DNA of 27,721 bases, taken from a virus (taxonomy: Duplodnaviria; Caudoviricetes). The stretch covers positions 1 to 27,721 of the IMG/VR virus record IMGVR_UViG_3300026543_000128. One strand, given 5' to 3'. Shown here piece by piece: positions 22,831 through 27,721 of the stretch; position 1 is the first letter of the stretch, and every line of letters begins with the position of its first letter. The notes under the pieces were generated by a model. It was not told where the DNA came from. It made no database searches and saw only the letters and a list, made by a program, of their open reading frames with translations. A program made the translations under genes and the position numbers.

Positions 22831-23790
22831 TTAGCCAGTGCGTACATCATGCTGGTCTGCCCACCTGTTGTACTCAGATGGCGTCATCTCATCGGGCGAC
22901 TTTGGAACCGTTGCGGCGCCGGGATTGACCGGGGGAATCGGTGGAGTGACAGGCGTCGCGGCAGATACGACAGGTGTTGAGGGGGCAGGCGTCGCTGCCG
23001 GAACCTCTTCGACGCGCAAGGCGCGCACCGCAAAGTCTCGAACCTGGTCAAGCTGCGACATTTGAGAAACACGGGTCAACGCGCCCGGCTCTTTCAACAA
23101 GCCATGCAGTATCTCTGCACCTTGCGGTGTTTCGGCCAAATGACCCATCACCTGGTTGAGCGCATCTTGTCCTAACGTTTCCGTCGTCGCTGCCTGCTGT
23201 GTCAAGGCTTCATAGTCGTCATGCCGTAAACGCATATCCCGTACTGATTGACCCCATCGAGTCTGTATCTGCTCCGCCTTCGTGGCTTGTTGCGCCACCT
23301 GGCGTTGCTCCCGATCTGCCGTCAGCACTGCATTCGTTGCGTTTGTCGCCTCAGAGATCGCCAACGCCTGGATATACCCGTCGGCGTTATCGGTAAAATC
23401 GGTCGGGTTTGGCGCAGCCACAGGTTCCGGCGGGGTTGCCGCCGTTTGCTGCGCTACCAATTGTCCTTCCAACTCTGCGATACGCCGGTCTTGTTCCCGT
23501 GAGGCAGCGCCCGTGGTGGCAAGTATCTCGTCGATCCGAGCTTGCACACGTTTGCTGTAGTGTTCAGGCGTCTCCGTTACGGGAGGCGTGGGTACTTCAG
23601 GCGCCGCGGGTGGCGTAGAGTCAGGCTCGGCGACCACTGGCGGTGTCACTTCAGGCGCTACCGTTGTGGACGTAGGATCGGGGTCAGGCGACTCGGGAAC
23701 CTTTGCCAGCACCGTATCCAGCGCAGCCTGGTCCTCCGTCATGGACGTAATGGTAATGCCGTCAAACGTAACTTGGGCTTCATCAGCCAT
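22831..23790 (-). CDS. Scaffolding protein
   Basis: Acidic Pro-rich N-terminus, KRVQARIDE coiled coil, C-terminal MTPSEY..W; directly upstream of the coat gene. Confidence 0.75.
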   Translation of the reverse strand: MADEAQVTFDGITITSMTEDQAALDTVLAKVPESPDPDPTSTTVAPEVTPPVVAEPDSTPPAAPEVPTPPVTETPEHYSKRVQARIDEILATTGAASREQDRRIAELEGQLVAQQTAATPPEPVAAPNPTDFTDNADGYIQALAISEATNATNAVLTADREQRQVAQQATKAEQIQTRWGQSVRDMRLRHDDYEALTQQAATTETLGQDALNQVMGHLAETPQGAEILHGLLKEPGALTRVSQMSQLDQVRDFAVRALRVEEVPAATPAPSTPVVSAATPVTPPIPPVNPGAATVPKSPDEMTPSEYNRWADQHDVRTG

Positions 23791-23797
23791 GGCGCAC

Positions 23798-24001
23798 TTA
23801 CTCCTTGTCGGCGTCGAGCTCCGCGTGCGAGTCGGAGGGACGAGATACTTTCTGCGAAAAATCAGATACCGTGCATTGTCCTAATAGCACTCCCCACGAA
23901 GGTAGCAGGGCAGGGACAAGGTCGAAGGTTCTGTCGGACCACTCTTTTGGAATTTCTATCCACTGCTCAGGCGGTTCATCAAAGTTTATTGAATGCGCCA
24001 T
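23798..24001 (-). CDS. Hypothetical protein
   Basis: Probable ATG 24001 after GAGAGGGGGA (ORF is open to 24049). Confidence 0.5.
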   Translation of the reverse strand: MAHSINFDEPPEQWIEIPKEWSDRTFDLVPALLPSWGVLLGQCTVSDFSQKVSRPSDSHAELDADKE

Positions 24002-24033
24002 CTCATCCCCCTCTCGCCGCGCCCAATATTCAA

Positions 24034-24327
24034 TTACCAACCACGCCAATTACCTTGCTCTCGATTTGATGTTCCAGGGACAACTTGCCCACCATAAGTG
24101 CGATCATTCACATCTTGCCAAACGTCAGGAGCGACAAAGGGTGACGAAAAAGGCATGAGCACGAAAGATTGGTCTTTACTATCTACCCCTCTGAGCTGAC
24201 TAGAAAGATATGAGACGAGACAAATCAAAAGCATCCGACCTGATCCAATCTGTCTGGGAACAATCATAATAATTAGCCGTATCAAAAGTTCACAAAGATA
24301 CAAACGGAATGTAGAAGACAGAGACAT
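24034..24327 (-). CDS. Hypothetical protein with hydrophobic N-terminus
   Basis: ATG 24327 directly after the portal stop; AT-richer than its flanks. Confidence 0.5.
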   Translation of the reverse strand: MSLSSTFRLYLCELLIRLIIMIVPRQIGSGRMLLICLVSYLSSQLRGVDSKDQSFVLMPFSSPFVAPDVWQDVNDRTYGGQVVPGTSNREQGNWRGW

Positions 24328-24328
24328 G

Positions 24329-26398
24329 CTATCCCCCTTGTGCCGCATCTACACGCGCTTCAAATTCGTCAATATCCAAGCCACGCTTTTTCGTCTGTGC
24401 CTCAACAGCGAGCTTTGCGGCATCACTTGCCGCCTTCTGGGCCAGTTCATCCCGCCCGAGCTCCAGCTTGCCCAATTCTATCGCGTAGTCCCGCGTCTTA
24501 TCGTCAAGCGCCAGTTGCTGGCTCTGGACCTGCGTGCGCAGTGCTTTGGCTTCCTGCTCCCGTTCCTCGGCATAGGCATTGAGCTGCTTCAACTGCTGCG
24601 TTTGCTGCTGCACCTGCGCTGCAAGCTGCTGCGGGCTCGGCTCATCATCCGTCCCCAACGCTTGCACCGGCACCATACGTTTCAGGCGCTCAGAGGCTTC
24701 TTGTGCGTCTGGAAAGTCCAAATTGCGTACAATGATATCAGCCAGCACGGGGCCAGCTTCGGGATACGCCGACGTGGTCTTGATAAGACTATCGGCAGAA
24801 TCCTGCCGTTGTGTGGCTAAGCTCGGCCCCGTATCGATTGTTGCCTCAAACTTGCTTGCACTCAAGTCAAAGAATTTCTTCTGCCCGTCCTTGTTCGTAA
24901 ATTCCTCGTTGATGGTCACGATATCTTCTTTGTCGTCCAGGCCGATGATGGAAACAACACGCTTTTGTGTGTACAGCTTGGTGATCAGGTCAAGCAGAAT
25001 CCGTCCACCTTGTCGGATCGAACGGTGGGCATTGCCTGGGAAGTGCGCATTCGTAATGTCTCCCCGATGCTGAAGGCGCCGCAACGCTTCGCCGCTCTCT
25101 GGGATGCGTCCTTGCGGCAGTTCCCCCATCGTCGGTTGATGGACCCCGGACACCGCCCGCATGTCCTCGGCCGCTTGTCCGCGGAGCAGCGCCAACGCCT
25201 GAATCGGAGGCTCAGATACCTCTCGGCGCGGTGCTGGCATTACCCCTTGGCCGTCTGGCGTCATGACAATGGCGTGCTCTAGGTAGGGAGCATTTGAGAT
25301 ATTGGAATCACGCCACTCTCTTTCATACCCCTCAAAACTACCTTCAGCCGCAACCCATTGTGCACGAGGGGCAAGTGCAACCGTTTCCACCTCGATAGTG
25401 GCTTCAAAGTTGAAAATCCGTTGGGGATCAATCAGATTATGCGTCATACCCTTGTAAGCTATCAGCCCATTGATGTCTTCCTCCACGCCAAGCACGGGAA
25501 TAATGGGGATATCCGCACCGGGCCAGGCAAAGGGTGCCATGAGAACCTCTGCACCGCTCAGCTTGATATGCCAAATTTGCTCGAAGGTCGCCATCCGATC
25601 ATCGACAAATTTAATACTCTCGGGAAGCTTGGCAGGCATCTCACTTGCCTTAAAAACAGACCCGTCGCTCAACTGAACAATCTTCTCTTCATTCTTTTCG
25701 ACATAATAATAATCAGCTACGCGGACGATATCCGCCGTAATCCACCCTTGAAACCGGGTATCGTGCGCCAAGGGCGCGTAGTCCACAATGGCTTTGTTCG
25801 GGAATTGCCGCTTAAATTCTGCATGGCTCATGTCTTCAACAACAAACCCAAACTGTGACCCAGCCCCGTCTGGCTCCTGACAGACCGGGTCGAGATACAC
25901 ACTATTCCAGTCTCGCACACGCTGAAGTTTTGGCACCAAATCAAAGGACATCTCATCCGCAAACTCTAAGATGATCCGATACCAGCCACGCCCAATACGA
26001 AATTGATGGTCCACCGCCGTTTCGTACACAATATCAGCGTTACACTCTTGCTCAATCCGTTTGATAATCCCCGCAATGACTACCGCAGTCTCTTTTCCCT
26101 TTTCCATGTTGGTCGTCGCCCTAACACGAATAGCCGGCCGGTTTTGCCGGAAAGCATTGATTTCCTGAAGGATCATGGCCTCCGTCCGATTGATCGTCAG
26201 GCACAGCCGGGGATTCGGACCGCTTTCACGGAGCTGTCGATACGTCTCTTCCCACTGGTCCCCATGCGAGAAGCGCAGCTCGAACAGGGCGCGAAGGCGA
26301 TACGCAGACTCTCGCTCGCCAACCATTTTCATGTGGTCCCGAGCTTGAGTACAGATGTCATCGTTCGAGAGCTTAGGACGGTGGGGCATCGTCACCAT
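24329..26398 (-). CDS. Portal protein (P22 gp1-like)
   Basis: ~690 aa; GDQW...LTINR, RQNRPAI, GRGWYRI, VYLDP, WPGADIPIIP, DPQRIFN, SGEAL, IDTGPSLATQRQ, C-terminal Gln-rich coiled-coil barrel. Exact start uncertain (26389-26410). Confidence 0.92.
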   Translation of the reverse strand: MVTMPHRPKLSNDDICTQARDHMKMVGERESAYRLRALFELRFSHGDQWEETYRQLRESGPNPRLCLTINRTEAMILQEINAFRQNRPAIRVRATTNMEKGKETAVVIAGIIKRIEQECNADIVYETAVDHQFRIGRGWYRIILEFADEMSFDLVPKLQRVRDWNSVYLDPVCQEPDGAGSQFGFVVEDMSHAEFKRQFPNKAIVDYAPLAHDTRFQGWITADIVRVADYYYVEKNEEKIVQLSDGSVFKASEMPAKLPESIKFVDDRMATFEQIWHIKLSGAEVLMAPFAWPGADIPIIPVLGVEEDINGLIAYKGMTHNLIDPQRIFNFEATIEVETVALAPRAQWVAAEGSFEGYEREWRDSNISNAPYLEHAIVMTPDGQGVMPAPRREVSEPPIQALALLRGQAAEDMRAVSGVHQPTMGELPQGRIPESGEALRRLQHRGDITNAHFPGNAHRSIRQGGRILLDLITKLYTQKRVVSIIGLDDKEDIVTINEEFTNKDGQKKFFDLSASKFEATIDTGPSLATQRQDSADSLIKTTSAYPEAGPVLADIIVRNLDFPDAQEASERLKRMVPVQALGTDDEPSPQQLAAQVQQQTQQLKQLNAYAEEREQEAKALRTQVQSQQLALDDKTRDYAIELGKLELGRDELAQKAASDAAKLAVEAQTKKRGLDIDEFEARVDAAQGG

Positions 26399-26642
26399 CC
26401 TTCCACGCAAAGACCGCTGGCAGATACGGGTTGAAGGCTCCCCATGCGTTCATCAACGCTTGAATCGACTCATCTAATGCGAGCCGAATGGGATGCCACG
26501 CAGGATACCGCCCGGCAAGCGTTCCACATTGGCGCATCATAGCGCCCACGGCTTTGGAATCACTCATAGGGTCCTGGTCCAACTCGGTCATCGCTTGAAC
26601 GCTCTGATGTACCATCTCTTCTCCGGTCATACGCTCCCCCAT
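26373..26642 (-). CDS. Hypothetical protein between terminase and portal
   Basis: 89 aa; overlaps both neighbours. Confidence 0.55.
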   Translation of the reverse strand: MGERMTGEEMVHQSVQAMTELDQDPMSDSKAVGAMMRQCGTLAGRYPAWHPIRLALDESIQALMNAWGAFNPYLPAVFAWKDGDDAPPS

Positions 26643-27721
26643 CCCCCCGCCACAAGAGGCCGAGGCGCCTGCTGTTGCCGTGTCACTGGTGGTTGCTTGG
26701 CCATGTGACGGCCAGAATTGTTAAGATACCGCATATCATCCATCAGATGGTCATTCGTTTTTACGATGTGCCCTTGGTCGTCACGTCGATAGAAATTCTT
26801 TTCTTTCCGCCACTCTTGCAGCGTCGAAAATACCTTGAACTGGTTCGTGCTAAGTCGTTCTAAGAGATTGAACAGACTAGAGTGTACCTCATTCGAGGCT
26901 GGAGCGACATGTAATCCAAGCGCACGATAATCCTGCAAGAGTTTCGCCCCGTCCTTCTGTCCACGCCCGTTTGCTGCGGGATCGATCACGCCAGGAATCC
27001 AATCACCTGCCGCCTTGATCGCCGCCGCGTGTACGCTTGGCTCGGCATGGCCTTTCTTATACTCGTGGTACAAATAATCCGTGCCAGTCTCCGGGTCAAT
27101 GGCCATCCACAGCGCGGCCGTCCAATTCCATCCAACGTCCATACCATAAACACGCTTCCAGTGAGCAGGAATTTCAAACGGGTCCACAAGGTACCAATCT
27201 TCCGGAATGGGATAGACAACACCGGCACCCAGCGTAGGGATGCCTCGCGCACGTGCATCCAGCTGATAGGCAGGGATCGTGCTCAAAAGCTGTGCCTTCA
27301 CCTGGTCCGTCAGATGGGGAACATCGTCCCAAGTAGCATTGACCACGTAGTGCTGACTGCCTCTTTGGTCTCCTTCAGGAAAGCGCCCCTCTGGCATAAA
27401 CAGCTGAATAGCATCAGTCAGCCCCTGCTCAGGCGTGACAGTCCAGCCAATAATCCCACCTCCAAAGCGTCCAGTAGCAGCAATACGGATAAAGCACTCG
27501 GCAAGAATCTTGAGTGGACAGAGCTCATCAGGCCAGATGACATGAACCTCATTTCCCTGAAATGCTTCGTGGCCCATCTCAAAGCTTTTCAACGTCAGCT
27601 GTGAATCACCGCCGCTCACATGGTGGATGAGAGCTGTTTGTATCGCACCAGGAATACCGGGACGCATGGTAAACTTCCCGAGAGTCGCGCCAGGAATAAT
27701 CCCGGTTCCAATATTGGAAGA
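26627..27721 (-). CDS. terL: Terminase large subunit (P22 gp2-like), 5'-truncated by the window edge
   Basis: Frame stays open to 27721 (SSNIGTGIIPG...); FQG..VHVIWPDE Walker B; TVTPEQG coupling motif; nuclease motifs GMDVGW and DHLMDDMRY. Confidence 0.93.
   Translation of the reverse strand, partial: SSNIGTGIIPGATLGKFTMRPGIPGAIQTALIHHVSGGDSQLTLKSFEMGHEAFQGNEVHVIWPDELCPLKILAECFIRIAATGRFGGGIIGWTVTPEQGLTDAIQLFMPEGRFPEGDQRGSQHYVVNATWDDVPHLTDQVKAQLLSTIPAYQLDARARGIPTLGAGVVYPIPEDWYLVDPFEIPAHWKRVYGMDVGWNWTAALWMAIDPETGTDYLYHEYKKGHAEPSVHAAAIKAAGDWIPGVIDPAANGRGQKDGAKLLQDYRALGLHVAPASNEVHSSLFNLLERLSTNQFKVFSTLQEWRKEKNFYRRDDQGHIVKTNDHLMDDMRYLNNSGRHMAKQPPVTRQQQAPRPLVAGGWGSV

Larger units (their letters stand above)
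44..27721. mobile_element. P22-like (podovirus-type) phage or prophage genome fragment
   Basis: Terminase-portal-scaffold-coat-gp4-gp10-GNAT-ejection-tailspike order on the minus strand, plus RecT and Prim-Pol early genes. No host housekeeping genes, att site or integrase are visible. Confidence 0.95.

Noticed and set aside
6421-24335. GATAGCA between SD and start at three minus-strand genes (6420, 10986, 24327)
   Set aside because: Only 7 bp, variable spacing, and one copy includes the portal stop codon; not distinguishable from chance.

Overview
About 27.7 kb of a tailed-phage genome with P22-like (podovirus) architecture, probably an assembled contig fragment. Bases 1-43 are Illumina Nextera adapter, and the right end cuts through the terminase gene. 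The right part (8.1-27.7 kb, minus strand) is a morphogenesis operon in P22 order: large terminase, portal, scaffold, coat, gp4-like adaptor, gp10-like tail hub, GNAT (gp14 position), three ejection proteins, head-binding protein, a 2-TM holin-like protein and a beta-helix tailspike-like protein that unexpectedly starts with a signal peptide. A plus-strand insert sits at the position of P22 immI. It holds an HNH endonuclease with ten ~15-aa repeats and a structured leader, followed by an RHH regulator cassette. The left part (0-8.1 kb) is the early region: RecT-like annealase, Prim-Pol/AAA helicase fusion, three ribbon-helix-helix regulators (counting the insert) each with its own promoter/operator, an XRE HTH, and many small ORFs. 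The most notable unexplained structure is that three separate small-gene operons each carry their own repeated DNA motif at gene junctions, including five copies of a hairpin+SD motif at 6774-7890, which suggests cassette-style gene accretion. All family assignments come from motif recognition and synteny by eye; no searches were run. No integrase, CRISPR, tRNA or classical endolysin was seen, so host and lifestyle are undetermined.
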